This document shows positions 22,534 to 33,281 of a stretch of DNA of 56,932 nucleotides, in pieces. The position numbers were made by a program, and so were the translations under genes. The notes below the pieces were generated by a model. The model made no database searches and had not been told where the DNA came from. It worked only from the letters and a program-made list of their open reading frames with translations. Within the stretch, counting starts at the first letter, position 1. Each line of letters opens with the position of its first letter. Source of the DNA: an uncultured Chlorobiaceae bacterium (GTDB lineage: Bacteria > Bacteroidota > Chlorobiia > Chlorobiales > Chlorobiaceae); the NCBI GenBank assembly GCA_903937835.1, contig CAJAAV010000118.1:1-56932 (forward strand), in the 5' to 3' direction.

Positions 22534-24288
22534 TTAAAAATATAGCTCGCCATGTAACCAGAATCGGCTTTTTTCGGCCCTGCCATCAGCGTTTTTGCCT
22601 TGATACTGCCCAGGATTAGAACCAATCACATGGGCCCAACTGCACTGAAGCGCACCCTTCTGTGAAAACAGAAAGTTTAATCCAACCCCGGCGCCCTGCA
22701 ACCAGTAAGTGTTACGACTCGTGTCATTGAAGACGTCGCCAGCATACCTGTCCCTGTTCAGTGTTATGTGACCAGCATCATAAAAGCCGTCAATCTGGAT
22801 ACTTCTTGTTGAAGTCGCAAGAGGAATATTGTAGCGGATATCGGCAGTGATAAGCTGACCTTCGTCCCCTGGCGCCTCTCCTACTGGATAAGCACGCACT
22901 GCGTTTGGGCCGCCAAGTGAAAACTGTTCACTGCTGCCCAGATTATCAAGCGACATCTGTGCTACCCCGGAAAGATTGAAGTTGACCTCTTCAGAAAGGC
23001 GCTGCAGACGTGCAAGAGCAAAATTAAAGCGGGTGTATTGTCCCTCTTTTCCGGTAAAATAATATGATGCGTTTTTAGATTCATTGAGGTGGCCAGTAGT
23101 AACACCAATACTGTAACTGGATGCGCCACCTCCCCATAACTGATCATAACGGTCACCGTTGACGTTCAACGTGACACTGTTGAGCTGCTTGTCATAGTAG
23201 GCTGGTCCTGCAGTCTTGTCGACAAGCGACTTGTATCCGTAAGTCAGACTCGTCGTGAGATTCCTGGTGCGGCTGCGAATCAGCGAGTAACTGAGACCTG
23301 CATCGACATTATTGCTGCTGCCCGTCGCAGCAAGATAAGCACGGTCAGCACCGATTTCATAACTCATCCCGGTATAGGAGAGAGATCCTCTGAGTCCCGG
23401 TAAGAATACGGGAGCGCTGTAGCCTATTCGCCCCTGAACAAGTCCGTCAGCCTCATTCATAAGTGCAGTAATTTGGTCTCCATAACAAAACGGGTCGTTG
23501 ATTGAGATCATGGTATTACCCCTCCATGAACCAGTGTAGCGGTTGCCATAATTGTCACCCCAGATCAATCCGGAAAGGATTGGCCCTTCGCTGACAGCAA
23601 CTTCTACTCCGGTAGTGCCAGGAAGAGTTCCGGGAGCCAGTGATGCGCGAGCTATCACACCAGGCAAATCGTTCATGATCAAAACAGAGCGCTCTAAATC
23701 ATGCTCATTGACAGGCGCCCCCTTGCGTACCGCCGTTTCGCCTATGCTGTGCAGTACACTCTGAGAGATCCTTGCGGTCTTGTCCAGTTTGAACTCAAGA
23801 CGGCCATCGCTCGCTCCCTGAAGAACAGCGATTTCAATAATGCCTGAGGTAACATCCTGTTTTGGAAGGTAGGCTCTTGCGCGGAACCATCCTTTTTCCC
23901 TTAAATAGGCGGTGATTTTATCAGCAAGAGCTTTAAGCTCTTCGAACGAGATGCTCTTGCCTTTGATGTCAGCTCCCAGCGCCTGTAACTCCGCTTCAGT
24001 AGCAGCTCCCTCATAGCCGCTGAATTTGAATCCCTTCACAGCAACGAGAACACCTGACTCAGATTTTGCAGGCAGCTCAATGGCCTTCTCTCGGGCGGGG
24101 AGTTGAGGGAATTGTGGCAACATGCTCTTCTGGTCACGAAAAATACTGCCTGCGTCCGGTACCGGAGGCGCCTGAGAGGCCAAAACCGGCACAGCAAAAG
24201 ATGAAAGCGAGAGAACCGAAAGTAGTCCTATAATAGACACTGCATTACCTGCAACGATATGGCGCACTGACAATAAGTATTTATTCAA
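22534..24288 (-). CDS. ShlB/FhaC/HecB (TpsB, Omp85 superfamily) outer-membrane transporter
   Basis: Signal peptide, POTRA region (YLREKGWFRARAYLPKQD), DNYGNRYTG, loop-6 motif VRAY and C-terminal Phe; TTG start. Confidence 0.9.
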   Translation of the reverse strand: MNKYLLSVRHIVAGNAVSIIGLLSVLSLSSFAVPVLASQAPPVPDAGSIFRDQKSMLPQFPQLPAREKAIELPAKSESGVLVAVKGFKFSGYEGAATEAELQALGADIKGKSISFEELKALADKITAYLREKGWFRARAYLPKQDVTSGIIEIAVLQGASDGRLEFKLDKTARISQSVLHSIGETAVRKGAPVNEHDLERSVLIMNDLPGVIARASLAPGTLPGTTGVEVAVSEGPILSGLIWGDNYGNRYTGSWRGNTMISINDPFCYGDQITALMNEADGLVQGRIGYSAPVFLPGLRGSLSYTGMSYEIGADRAYLAATGSSNNVDAGLSYSLIRSRTRNLTTSLTYGYKSLVDKTAGPAYYDKQLNSVTLNVNGDRYDQLWGGGASSYSIGVTTGHLNESKNASYYFTGKEGQYTRFNFALARLQRLSEEVNFNLSGVAQMSLDNLGSSEQFSLGGPNAVRAYPVGEAPGDEGQLITADIRYNIPLATSTRSIQIDGFYDAGHITLNRDRYAGDVFNDTSRNTYWLQGAGVGLNFLFSQKGALQCSWAHVIGSNPGQYQGKNADGRAEKSRFWLHGELYF

Positions 24289-24522
24289 TTATGGAAGACT
24301 TGAGTTTTCTAACGAACATTCTTGCGACAGATTACTAAAAAAAAGAAGTAATAACCAATTTTTCAAAGGTACGACCCTCTCATCATGGCACTATTTCCGC
24401 TTTGCTGATGGATCTCCTGTACAAGAAGCGGCTGTCTGGATTACAAATAAGGGTAAAAAACACTATTATAAGTCATATTATATTTTAGCGCTTGTAAACG
24501 TAACCCTTTAACCACCGTCATT

Positions 24523-24852
24523 ATGATGTCCGACAGCACCGTCAACACTACAGCGCACTGGCAGGAACTTGACGAATGGAGAAAAAAAATAGATGCCCTC
24601 GACCAGCAGTTATCCACCCTGCTTTGTGAGAGGCTGCACTGCGCCCAAAATATCAGCTTCCTGAAATCGAGAATCGGAGAGCAGGTTCTCCAGCCTGAAC
24701 GGGAAAAAGAGGTGCTCAACAATGTGCTGAACCATGCCGATTCCCCCCTGAAATCCCATGCACTGGAAAAAATCTATCGTTGCATCATTGAAGAGACCCG
24801 CCTCTTTCAGCAAGAGTGGAAAAGCAGTCAACCGGATATCAAGACCAGCTAA
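24523..24852 (+). CDS. Monofunctional chorismate mutase (AroQ/type II)
   Basis: LDEWRKKIDALD...LLCER...K...VLQPERE pattern. Confidence 0.88.
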   Translation: MMSDSTVNTTAHWQELDEWRKKIDALDQQLSTLLCERLHCAQNISFLKSRIGEQVLQPEREKEVLNNVLNHADSPLKSHALEKIYRCIIEETRLFQQEWKSSQPDIKTS

Positions 24853-24866
24853 AAGGCCAACCCGCC

Positions 24867-25877
24867 ATGACTTCAAACAAAAATTCTTTGCGTAAACTGT
24901 TTCTGGCTGGAACGACTCTTCTGCTGACAGCATTGTCATGCTTTCTCTTTATACCGGGGCTCAATACCTCCCAGACAACCACCCGACTTACGGTTCACCG
25001 CGGGACGGGTTTCAGATCTATTCTGGATAAGCTGCACCGTAACGGCTCGATTACCCTGGCCTGGCCGATGCTTTTGACGGCAAGCCTTGTTCCAACGCTT
25101 CACAATATTAAGCCGGGACGGTATCTCATCCCCCCGGGAATGTCGAATTTCGGACTTCTGTATTACCTCCACGCCCACCCACAGGATGAGGTGCGCATTA
25201 CTCTCCCTGAAGGGATGGATCTCAGAAAAGTTGCCCGTATCCTTTCACGAAACCTTGATATTGATTCCACTGGGTTCATGACGGCAGTGTCCAACAAGAA
25301 ATTGCTTGCCCGGCACGGTATCGGGGCTGACAATGCTGAAGGCTACCTCTTCCCCGGCACCTACAACTTTGCCTGGGCAAGCACACCTGAAGAGGCTGCC
25401 GGGTTTCTTATCGGCCAATTCCGACATTTTTATACAGACCGCCTTCAGAAAGTCGCGGCACAGGAAGGGCTGAGCGAAACCGGGCTACTCACCCTGGCCT
25501 CGATTGTTGAAGCCGAAACCCCGGTTGACGCTGAAAAATCGCTTGTCGCAAGCGTCTATCTTAACAGGCTAAAGAAAAACATGCGCCTGCAGGCCGATCC
25601 AACGGTGCAGTATGCCCTTGGCGGAGCTGCCCGACGGCTTTACTACAAAGACCTTGCCGCAGACTCGCCCTATAATACTTATCGACATAACGGACTTCCT
25701 CCAGGACCTATCTGCAACCCCGGTGCCGCATCGATCCTTGCTGTGCTGAAACCGGCACAGAGCAGCTTTATCTACTTTGTTGCTACAGGAAATGGCGGAC
25801 ATTACTTTGCCGGTTCACTGACAGAGCATAATGCCAACATTAAAAAGTACAAAAATGCCTTGCGCAGCAGGCCGTAA
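24867..25877 (+). CDS. mltG: Endolytic transglycosylase MltG
   Basis: EGYLFPGTY, LASIVEAE, LQADPT, SPYNTY and GLPPGPI motifs. Confidence 0.95.
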   Translation: MTSNKNSLRKLFLAGTTLLLTALSCFLFIPGLNTSQTTTRLTVHRGTGFRSILDKLHRNGSITLAWPMLLTASLVPTLHNIKPGRYLIPPGMSNFGLLYYLHAHPQDEVRITLPEGMDLRKVARILSRNLDIDSTGFMTAVSNKKLLARHGIGADNAEGYLFPGTYNFAWASTPEEAAGFLIGQFRHFYTDRLQKVAAQEGLSETGLLTLASIVEAETPVDAEKSLVASVYLNRLKKNMRLQADPTVQYALGGAARRLYYKDLAADSPYNTYRHNGLPPGPICNPGAASILAVLKPAQSSFIYFVATGNGGHYFAGSLTEHNANIKKYKNALRSRP

Positions 25878-25973
25878 GGATTGGAGTGAGTTGCATTAAT
25901 TTATATCTGCAATTGTATACATTACAGAAACAGATCATTATCTGATCTTTTTATCAACCAATTTATAAAAGCA

Positions 25974-27167
25974 ATGCAAAAAAAGACCTTGTCTGACATC
26001 TCAACCCAGGGCAAGCGGGTGTTAATGCGTGTGGATTTCAATGTCCCTCTTGACGGGAACAAAAAAATTACCGACGACAAGAGAATTGTTGAGTCTCTTC
26101 CTTCCATTAAAAAAATTCTTGAAGAGGGTGGGCGTCTTATTTTGATGTCTCATCTCGGAAGGCCAAAAGGAAAAGTTAATCCGGAATACTCGCTTGCTCC
26201 TGTGGCCTCACGACTTGCCGAACTGATCGACAGCCCGGTCGTCATGGCAAAAGATTGTATCGGCACTGAGGTCATGCAACAGGTGCTTGCTCTGCAGGAT
26301 GGGGAGGTTATGCTGCTTGAAAATCTTCGTTTTCATCCTGAGGAAGAGGCAAATGACGCTGATTTTGCAAGGGAGCTTGCGTCGCTCGGCGAGGTGTATG
26401 TCAACGACGCCTTCGGCACCGCGCACCGGGCTCATGCCTCAACGGAAGGCATTACGCACTACGTCCAGACGGCTGTTGCCGGTTATCTGATAGAGCGGGA
26501 GCTGTTGTATCTTGGAAAAGCACTGCAGGAGCCGGAACGACCATTTGTGGCTATTCTGGGAGGTTCAAAAATATCAGGAAAAATTGATGTTCTTGATAAC
26601 CTTTTCAAAAAAGTCGATACGGTACTGATTGGAGGCGCCATGGTCTTCACCTTCTTCAAGGCACAGGGTTATGAGGTTGGAAATTCTCTTGTTGAGGAGA
26701 GCAAAATAGAGCTGGCCCTCACTATTCTTGAGCTGGCAAAAAAGAAGGGAATCAAGCTGCTGCTGCCAGTAGACGTCATTCTGACGCCCGAGATTTCAGC
26801 CGATGCTGCATCTTATGCTGAAAACATTTCAGGTATTCCTCAAAAAATGATTGGCGTTGATATCGGCCCGGTAACGGCTGAAACATACCGCAATGAAATT
26901 CTTTCGGCACGAACGGTTCTCTGGAACGGCCCAATGGGCGTGTTTGAAATTGATAATTTTGCTGCCGGTACAATGGCTGTAGCAAAGGCGATGGCCGAGG
27001 CAACTGCAAAAGGAGCTATAACAATTGTCGGCGGCGGCGATTCTGCCTCAGCTATAGCCAAGGCCGGTCTGGCAAACGAGATGACCCATATCTCCACGGG
27101 AGGAGGCGCAAGCCTGGAATTCCTTGAAGGCAAGGAGCTCCCCGGAATAGCTGCTCTGAACGATTAA
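25974..27167 (+). CDS. pgk: Phosphoglycerate kinase
   Basis: [26 protein letters not shown] and STGGGASLE motifs. Confidence 0.98.
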   Translation: MQKKTLSDISTQGKRVLMRVDFNVPLDGNKKITDDKRIVESLPSIKKILEEGGRLILMSHLGRPKGKVNPEYSLAPVASRLAELIDSPVVMAKDCIGTEVMQQVLALQDGEVMLLENLRFHPEEEANDADFARELASLGEVYVNDAFGTAHRAHASTEGITHYVQTAVAGYLIERELLYLGKALQEPERPFVAILGGSKISGKIDVLDNLFKKVDTVLIGGAMVFTFFKAQGYEVGNSLVEESKIELALTILELAKKKGIKLLLPVDVILTPEISADAASYAENISGIPQKMIGVDIGPVTAETYRNEILSARTVLWNGPMGVFEIDNFAAGTMAVAKAMAEATAKGAITIVGGGDSASAIAKAGLANEMTHISTGGGASLEFLEGKELPGIAALND

Positions 27168-27187
27168 TTGATGAACCATACCTCGTA

Positions 27188-28003
27188 ATGAACTCTTCCC
27201 AGCCATACAGTCCCGGGGGCATTCAGTTTATACCCCCGGCGATCAAGGCCATTATTCTGCTCAATATTGCAGTTTTTCTGCTGCAGTTGACTCCTTTTGG
27301 CGATACAATTTCCACCATCGGTGCCTTGTGGCCTGTCGGTTCCAGCAACTTCAGAATATGGCAGCCGGTAACGTACATGTTTCTGCACGGTGGCGGCACC
27401 CATCTCTTCTTCAATATGTTCGCCCTCTGGATGTTCGGAGCTGAAATTGAAAATTACTGGGGCACGAGGCAATTCAATATCTACTATTTTGTCTGCGGGA
27501 TCGGCGCTGCCGTGATTAACCTGATCGCGACTGTCGGAGACCCCTATCCGACAGTCGGCGCTTCCGGTGCCATTTACGGCGTCTTGCTGGCTTTCGGCAT
27601 GATGTTCCCCGATCGCTACATTTTTCTTTATTTCCTCTTCCCGGTAAAGGCAAAGTATTTCATTGCCGGTTATGCATTTATCGAGTTTATCTCTGGTTTC
27701 GGCAGCCGGACAATGGGCAGCGGCAGCAACGTTGCCCATTTCGCGCACCTCGGGGGCATGCTGATTGGCTTTATTTATATTACCATTAAAAGGGCTGAGT
27801 GGTCATTTTCTGGATTATTCAGCAAGATCAGCTCCTCTCGCAAAAAGAAAAGTGGCCCACGCCTCCATACGCATAACCGTGTAGCTCCGCCGGTTTCTGA
27901 ATCAGAAATCAATGCCATACTCGACAAGATTTCAGAACGCGGTTATGGGTCACTGACCCAGGAAGAACGCCATAAACTCCTCAGGGCTGGAGGAAAAAAA
28001 TAA
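27188..28003 (+). CDS. Rhomboid intramembrane serine protease with C-terminal soluble tail
   Basis: HLFFNM, GASG (catalytic Ser) and AHLGG (catalytic His); tail ILDKISERGYGSLT. Confidence 0.92.
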   Translation: MNSSQPYSPGGIQFIPPAIKAIILLNIAVFLLQLTPFGDTISTIGALWPVGSSNFRIWQPVTYMFLHGGGTHLFFNMFALWMFGAEIENYWGTRQFNIYYFVCGIGAAVINLIATVGDPYPTVGASGAIYGVLLAFGMMFPDRYIFLYFLFPVKAKYFIAGYAFIEFISGFGSRTMGSGSNVAHFAHLGGMLIGFIYITIKRAEWSFSGLFSKISSSRKKKSGPRLHTHNRVAPPVSESEINAILDKISERGYGSLTQEERHKLLRAGGKK

Positions 28004-28011
28004 GCCGTGGA

Positions 28012-29451
28012 TCAGCATGGAGCAGCCCTCTCAAAACAGGCAACGCTTTCGATATGACTGGTATGCGGAAACATGTCAACCGGTTGCACCGATAAAAGCT
28101 GATAGCCGTGAAGGCTGATCTCCTTGCCGTCACGGGCAAGGCTCGCTGGATTGCAACTGACGTAGATAATTCGCTCCGGTCTGAGTCTGAGCATGGTGGA
28201 AAGTGCCTTGGCATGCATTCCTGCCCTTGGAGGGTCTGTAATAATCACCCGTGGTGCGTCATAATTTTCGAGGGTGCTGAGTATGGCATGCAAATCCTTG
28301 AGATCAACCTGGAAGAATGCCGCGTTGCCGATACCATTCAATACTGCATTACTCTGCGCATCATTGATGGAACTTTCAACAACTTCAAGGCCTATTACCT
28401 GACGGCAGTATCTGGCCAGATAGAGTGTTATGGTGCCTGTACCGCAATAGAGATCATAGACAGTATCGGCTGGGCTGAGACCTGCAACCTCAAGAATGCT
28501 GCTGTAGAGAAGCTCGGCCTGTGAAGAATTTGTCTGAAAAAAGGAGTTTGCAGAAATCCTGAAATCAAGGCCGCCGAGACGTTCAGTAATATATCCCTCG
28601 CCGCTGAGTATAAACTCGCTGTCGCCGGTAGCAACGGTATTCATTCTTTCGGTAACATTGTTGACCACCGTTATCTTCTGGCCAGCCATTCCAGCTTCGA
28701 GGTACATGCTGTAGCGCTGCATAAGCGCTTCATCATGCCATGAGGTCACCAAATTGATCATAATCTCTTCACGGCTTTCACTGAAACGAACGACGAGATT
28801 TCTCAAAAAACCGGTATGCGCCTTTACTGCGTAAGGGGCAAGAGTATTGGCCAGTGCAAATTCGCGAGTCAAAGCGAGCACATGGTTCATCGCCTCCTTG
28901 GCAAGATAGCAGTAGTCTATATCGATCACCTTCTCAAAGTTGCCGGGGGTATGAAACCCGAGAGCAAACCCTTTCGGACGTGAAAGCTGCTCAAGCGAAA
29001 GCTCTTCGGGGAGGAGATAACGCATGCTTGAAAAGGAAAATTCCATCTTGTTCCGGTAATGAAATGGTGCAAGAGCATCGAGCACCGGGCTGACCGGTGG
29101 AGCAATAAAATGACCGAGATGCTCGAGAGCGTCCTTTACCTTTTTCTGCTTGTACTGGAGTTGCGCTTCATAGCGGATATGCATCAGCTTGCAGCCCCCG
29201 CATACACCAAAATAGAGGCATAGAGGAGTTGTTCTGTCCGTTGATGGTTCAAGAACGTCAACAGCTATGGCTTCGATATAGCGCTGACGCACCTTTTTTA
29301 TCTTGGCCGAAACCCGGTCGCCGACAGCCAGCATACCGCCGACCATGACAGCCATACCATTGTCGAGCCGACCGAAACATTGATCTTTCTCAGCGAGATC
29401 CGTCACGGTTAGAACTATACTGTCGCCCTTTCTGAAAATCTCTTCTACCAT
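28012..29451 (-). CDS. rlmD: 23S rRNA m5U1939 methyltransferase RlmD
   Basis: TRAM domain, CGGC cluster, SFFQTN, DLYCGTG, DPPRAG and YVSCNP motifs. Confidence 0.93.
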   Translation of the reverse strand: MVEEIFRKGDSIVLTVTDLAEKDQCFGRLDNGMAVMVGGMLAVGDRVSAKIKKVRQRYIEAIAVDVLEPSTDRTTPLCLYFGVCGGCKLMHIRYEAQLQYKQKKVKDALEHLGHFIAPPVSPVLDALAPFHYRNKMEFSFSSMRYLLPEELSLEQLSRPKGFALGFHTPGNFEKVIDIDYCYLAKEAMNHVLALTREFALANTLAPYAVKAHTGFLRNLVVRFSESREEIMINLVTSWHDEALMQRYSMYLEAGMAGQKITVVNNVTERMNTVATGDSEFILSGEGYITERLGGLDFRISANSFFQTNSSQAELLYSSILEVAGLSPADTVYDLYCGTGTITLYLARYCRQVIGLEVVESSINDAQSNAVLNGIGNAAFFQVDLKDLHAILSTLENYDAPRVIITDPPRAGMHAKALSTMLRLRPERIIYVSCNPASLARDGKEISLHGYQLLSVQPVDMFPHTSHIESVACFERAAPC

Positions 29452-29504
29452 AAAACAAGATTAATCGCAATTGATGAAAAAGGTTCTCCTCTTCCTTCGA
29501 TAAT

Positions 29505-30101
29505 TCAAGCAAGACCTTCTCGACGCATTATACTGGGCTGAATGATATTCTTCAACACCCAGGAATACAAAAGATAGACCAGCATCGCGCTGCAGACCCC
29601 GATCACCATGCCTGCGATGACGTCACCAGGATAGTGAACGCCAACATAGACCCGCGACCAGGAGATAGCCAGAGCGTAGAGCATCATGATGATGGTAAAG
29701 AGTTTTTCCACAAAGTGCCCCCGATGAAAGAAAATCCAGATTAGTGTCGCCACTGCGGCGGAATTTGCGGCATGGGATGAGGCAAACGAATAACTTTGTG
29801 GCTGGCTGACAAGCAGACGAACGTGGTCAAGAGCAAAACAAGGTCGGATGCGCTGCACAAGAGGTTTGAGTACTCCTGATGCGACAATATCGGCCATGCC
29901 TGCCGCAAAAACAGCAAGAATAATAACAAGAAACGCTGATTTTCCACGCCGCACCACCATAAAAAGGGCAGCAAGTACAATGATATGCCCCGACAGCCTG
30001 ACCCTGGTCAGAAAAACCATAAGATCATCGGCTGCCGGGTGAACAAGGTGAAGGTTCAACAAATGGAAGAACCACACATCTGCCTGCTCAATGAGCGCCA
30101 T
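29505..30101 (-). CDS. PAP2-family phosphatase
   Basis: K-x6-RP, SFASSHA and SRVYVGVHYPGD motifs. Confidence 0.92.
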   Translation of the reverse strand: MALIEQADVWFFHLLNLHLVHPAADDLMVFLTRVRLSGHIIVLAALFMVVRRGKSAFLVIILAVFAAGMADIVASGVLKPLVQRIRPCFALDHVRLLVSQPQSYSFASSHAANSAAVATLIWIFFHRGHFVEKLFTIIMMLYALAISWSRVYVGVHYPGDVIAGMVIGVCSAMLVYLLYSWVLKNIIQPSIMRREGLA

Positions 30102-30106
30102 CCTGT

Positions 30107-31861
30107 TTACTTTTTAGCTCCTCTTTTTTTCTGTTTCCGGGGTGGAGCGGAAGCAGAGAATCCGAGATTTACTTTCGGCATATCGGCAGCAGTTGTGGTT
30201 TTGTTGATATAAAACTGCTGCGCCACACTGAAGATGTTAAACATGAGATAATAGAGACCAAGACCAGCAGGCATATTATTAAAAAAGAGCAGCATCATGG
30301 CAGGAAACATGTACATCATCACTTTCATCTGCTCATTGCTCTGTGTCGTCGGGGTGATTTTCTGTTGCACAAAAACTGTCACCGCCATGAGAATCGGGAA
30401 AACTGCAATATGGCTGCCATACATGGGAATGGCGAATCCAAAATCCAGAATTGAATCAGGAACCGACAAGTCCTTCGCCCAGAGAAAACTGTGTTGACGA
30501 AGCTGTATTGATGAACGGAAAACATAGAACATGGCAAAGAGCAGCGGCATCTGAAGCACCACCGGCAGGCAGCCTCCGATCGGGTTAACCCCGGCCTCCT
30601 TATAAATTCTGCCCAGCTCACTCTGCAGTTTTGCCGGATCGTCCTTATACTTATCCTGAAGCTCCTTGAGTAAAGGCTGCAGGGCTGACATTTTTTTCAT
30701 TGACTTCGTTGAAGCCATTGAAAGAGGATAGGTCACCAGCTTTATCAGGAACGCAAAAATGATAATAATAAGACCGTAATTACTAACGTAGGTATTCATC
30801 CAGTTGAAGACCGGCAAGATGATATACTCAGCAAACGGCCTTGTCAGCCAGTCCCATCCGAAATCCATGATTTTTTCAAGACCGGCCTTCTGTGCCTTGA
30901 CAATATTGTAATCAAGCGGCCCAAGATAGAGACTGAATTTATCATCAACTACCGTTCCTGATGAAGGAATACCCATTTTCAGGGCAACAAGGTAATTTTC
31001 GAACTCATTGCCTTTCTCTCTTTTACCGTCAAGATAAATCCCTGCGGTGTGTCCCTGGGGGATCAGTGCAGCAACAAAATACTTGTCACGCACAGCAACC
31101 CATTTCGCCTCCCCTGACTGTTCCTCACGATAGAATTGATTTTCATTGCTGGCATCAAGCGTTACCAGGCTGCCGCCAAGGTATGCACTGGCAAGTGCAC
31201 TCTGGGCCTCATCCTGCCTGTTTTTTTCTGAATAAGGTATTCCTCCATCCCACTGCAACTGATATTCATTCCCAGCAAGCTCACTTGAAAATCCTGTCAT
31301 TTTGACGTCGTAATCTACCTTGTAGCTCTCTCCGCCAAAAAGGTAGGTGATATCGATGGCTTGCAGGGGGGTAACATCAAGATGGTAGCGTACCGCATAT
31401 TGCTCTTTTCCTGTAATGGTATGAAGAGTGTCAACGGTCATACTACGAAAATAGAGATCGCGAGTATCGATTTTCTTGCCTTCACGGGTCAGAAACAACA
31501 GTGAAAGTGCCCCATTTTTTTGATTGCTGACTATATCAAACGCCTTGCGATTACCATCCAGATGCTTTTTCAGCACAAGGGACTTCAACGTTGCTCCTTT
31601 TGAGGAGAGCGTTGCACGAAAAAGATCGTTCTCTACCTTCAACAACTGCTCTTTGCCTTCGGCAGAAGAGGCAAAAACACCATAATTCTCGGAAACTGGC
31701 ATCGAAGAGAGAGGCTGGGTTGGCTGTGCCTGCTGTTCGACCTGCTCTGTTTTCGCCGCCGTTGGCGGCTGCAACGGTTTATTTGCTGGCGACATAAACT
31801 GTAGCCAGACCATCATGATTACGGCAATAATTGCAAGGCCGGTTACCGAATTTCTATCCAT
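30107..31861 (-). CDS. yidC: Membrane protein insertase YidC
   Basis: [14 protein letters not shown] and [11 protein letters not shown] motifs; large periplasmic domain. Confidence 0.97.
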   Translation of the reverse strand: MDRNSVTGLAIIAVIMMVWLQFMSPANKPLQPPTAAKTEQVEQQAQPTQPLSSMPVSENYGVFASSAEGKEQLLKVENDLFRATLSSKGATLKSLVLKKHLDGNRKAFDIVSNQKNGALSLLFLTREGKKIDTRDLYFRSMTVDTLHTITGKEQYAVRYHLDVTPLQAIDITYLFGGESYKVDYDVKMTGFSSELAGNEYQLQWDGGIPYSEKNRQDEAQSALASAYLGGSLVTLDASNENQFYREEQSGEAKWVAVRDKYFVAALIPQGHTAGIYLDGKREKGNEFENYLVALKMGIPSSGTVVDDKFSLYLGPLDYNIVKAQKAGLEKIMDFGWDWLTRPFAEYIILPVFNWMNTYVSNYGLIIIIFAFLIKLVTYPLSMASTKSMKKMSALQPLLKELQDKYKDDPAKLQSELGRIYKEAGVNPIGGCLPVVLQMPLLFAMFYVFRSSIQLRQHSFLWAKDLSVPDSILDFGFAIPMYGSHIAVFPILMAVTVFVQQKITPTTQSNEQMKVMMYMFPAMMLLFFNNMPAGLGLYYLMFNIFSVAQQFYINKTTTAADMPKVNLGFSASAPPRKQKKRGAKK

Positions 31862-32138
31862 TACCACTCTCTTTAGTTTTACCAGAAAACTTTTTTTTGT
31901 TTAGGGATACAGAGGGAACAGGGTCAAACCCGCCCTTTGAAAAAGGATTGCATCGAAGAATACGCCACATTGTCAGCCATGATGCATTAAAAAAATTGTG
32001 ATGCTGAAACGCTTCAAGCGCATAACTTGAACAGGTAGGCACATATTTGCAGGACGGACCGAACAATGGCGACAGAAACGCCCGGTAAAATTTTATCAGT
32101 ACTATCGGTACCTGATTGAAAAACTTCCAGCTACTCAT
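31854..32138 (-). CDS. yidD: Membrane protein insertion efficiency factor YidD
   Basis: [10 protein letters not shown] and [15 protein letters not shown] motifs. Confidence 0.95.
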   Translation of the reverse strand: MSSWKFFNQVPIVLIKFYRAFLSPLFGPSCKYVPTCSSYALEAFQHHNFFNASWLTMWRILRCNPFSKGGFDPVPSVSLNKKKFSGKTKESGNG

Positions 32139-32183
32139 GCTAGTTTCATTCGATCGTTATCCGGCAGAGTTAACCGCCATAGT

Positions 32184-32615
32184 TCAGGAAAGTATAATAT
32201 TTCCAATTAATACCCGGATTTCCTCCCTGAATGTTTCAAGGTCTGGCAAAGTCTTCTTTCTGCCCATATAAAGAAAAACGATACAGAGCATTTCACCTGC
32301 ACGGCCATCGCGAGAATAATCTTCCTTACTCTGGATCAGTGATTTTTCAAGCCGATAAGCTTCTCTCATCATTCTTTTTACCCTGTTGCGCCTGACAGCA
32401 GAAGAGACTGTTTTTTTACTCACCGCAAACAGTATTGCCGGAACTCTCTGAACAATATAGCCGTCGGGTTTGAGAGAAGCGTACACTATCCTTAAAAAAT
32501 CCCCTTTAATACTTTTTCCACTGCTGAAAAGCAGTGAAATCAGTTGCTTTTTCCTCAATATCTCATGCTTGCGCAGAGAATGGATGTGTACGTTATTCAA
32601 AACATGAAAAAGCAA
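32184..32615 (-). CDS. rnpA: RNase P protein component
   Basis: VSKK...AVRRNRVKR motif; located between rpmH and yidD; start uncertain. Confidence 0.92.
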   Translation of the reverse strand: MLFHVLNNVHIHSLRKHEILRKKQLISLLFSSGKSIKGDFLRIVYASLKPDGYIVQRVPAILFAVSKKTVSSAVRRNRVKRMMREAYRLEKSLIQSKEDYSRDGRAGEMLCIVFLYMGRKKTLPDLETFREEIRVLIGNIILS

Positions 32616-32649
32616 TTATTATACAGACACCGACGGATTCTCCGGTCAC

Positions 32650-32811
32650 TTATTGCCCTGCAGTACCCATATCAGAACTGACGGTAAGCGAGTGACGCCC
32701 CTTGGCTCTTCTTGCAGAGAGAACTTTACGGCCATTCTTGGTCGACATTCTCAGTCTGAATCCGTGCTTGTTCCTTCTTTTTCTATTCCGCGGCTGATAG
32801 GTTCTTTTCAT
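32650..32811 (-). CDS. rpmH: 50S ribosomal protein L34 (absent from the ORF track, 53 aa)
   Basis: Manual translation [53 protein letters not shown]. Confidence 0.97.
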   Translation of the reverse strand: MKRTYQPRNRKRRNKHGFRLRMSTKNGRKVLSARRAKGRHSLTVSSDMGTAGQ

Positions 32812-32913
32812 CGCTTATAGCTCCACACTTTTTTTAAATATGTTCAAAATTTCAGGGCGCGTAATTTAACATAATGAACGATCAATAACAAATGCTTCCG
32901 ATCCGTGATCGTA

Positions 32914-33226
32914 TCTTCCACAAAACAACAGGCTTTTTGCAACAGGTAATCACGCCTGACGGGGTGAAAAATAACGTACTCGTCTCAAGTTGTAAACAAT
33001 GTGGGTAACTTGTGGACAAGAATATTTTACCCCCCGAATCGCCAGGTACTCCGGCATCCCGAAAGAATCAACACATGTTGACTACTTTCGCTCTAAATTT
33101 GGCTACCATATTATAAAAGAATAAGTTGGCATGTTGAAAACATCTCTGCACACGATCAATCAGCAGGGGTAACTTTTCATTAAGGAAATTGTTTTTTATC
33201 CACCGAAAAAACTAACTTGTGAACAC
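32914..33226. promoter_or_regulatory. DnaA-box cluster upstream of dnaA (autoregulation or oriC part 1)
   Basis: TCTTCCACA 32914, TGTAAACAA 32991, TGTGGGTAA 33000, TGTGGACAA 33011, TTATCCACC 33196, TGTGAACAC 33218. Confidence 0.7.
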
Positions 33227-33281
33227 TGAATGTTGATGGCGCTAACAATATCGGCCCTTACCTCTTTAATTTCAATTTTTT

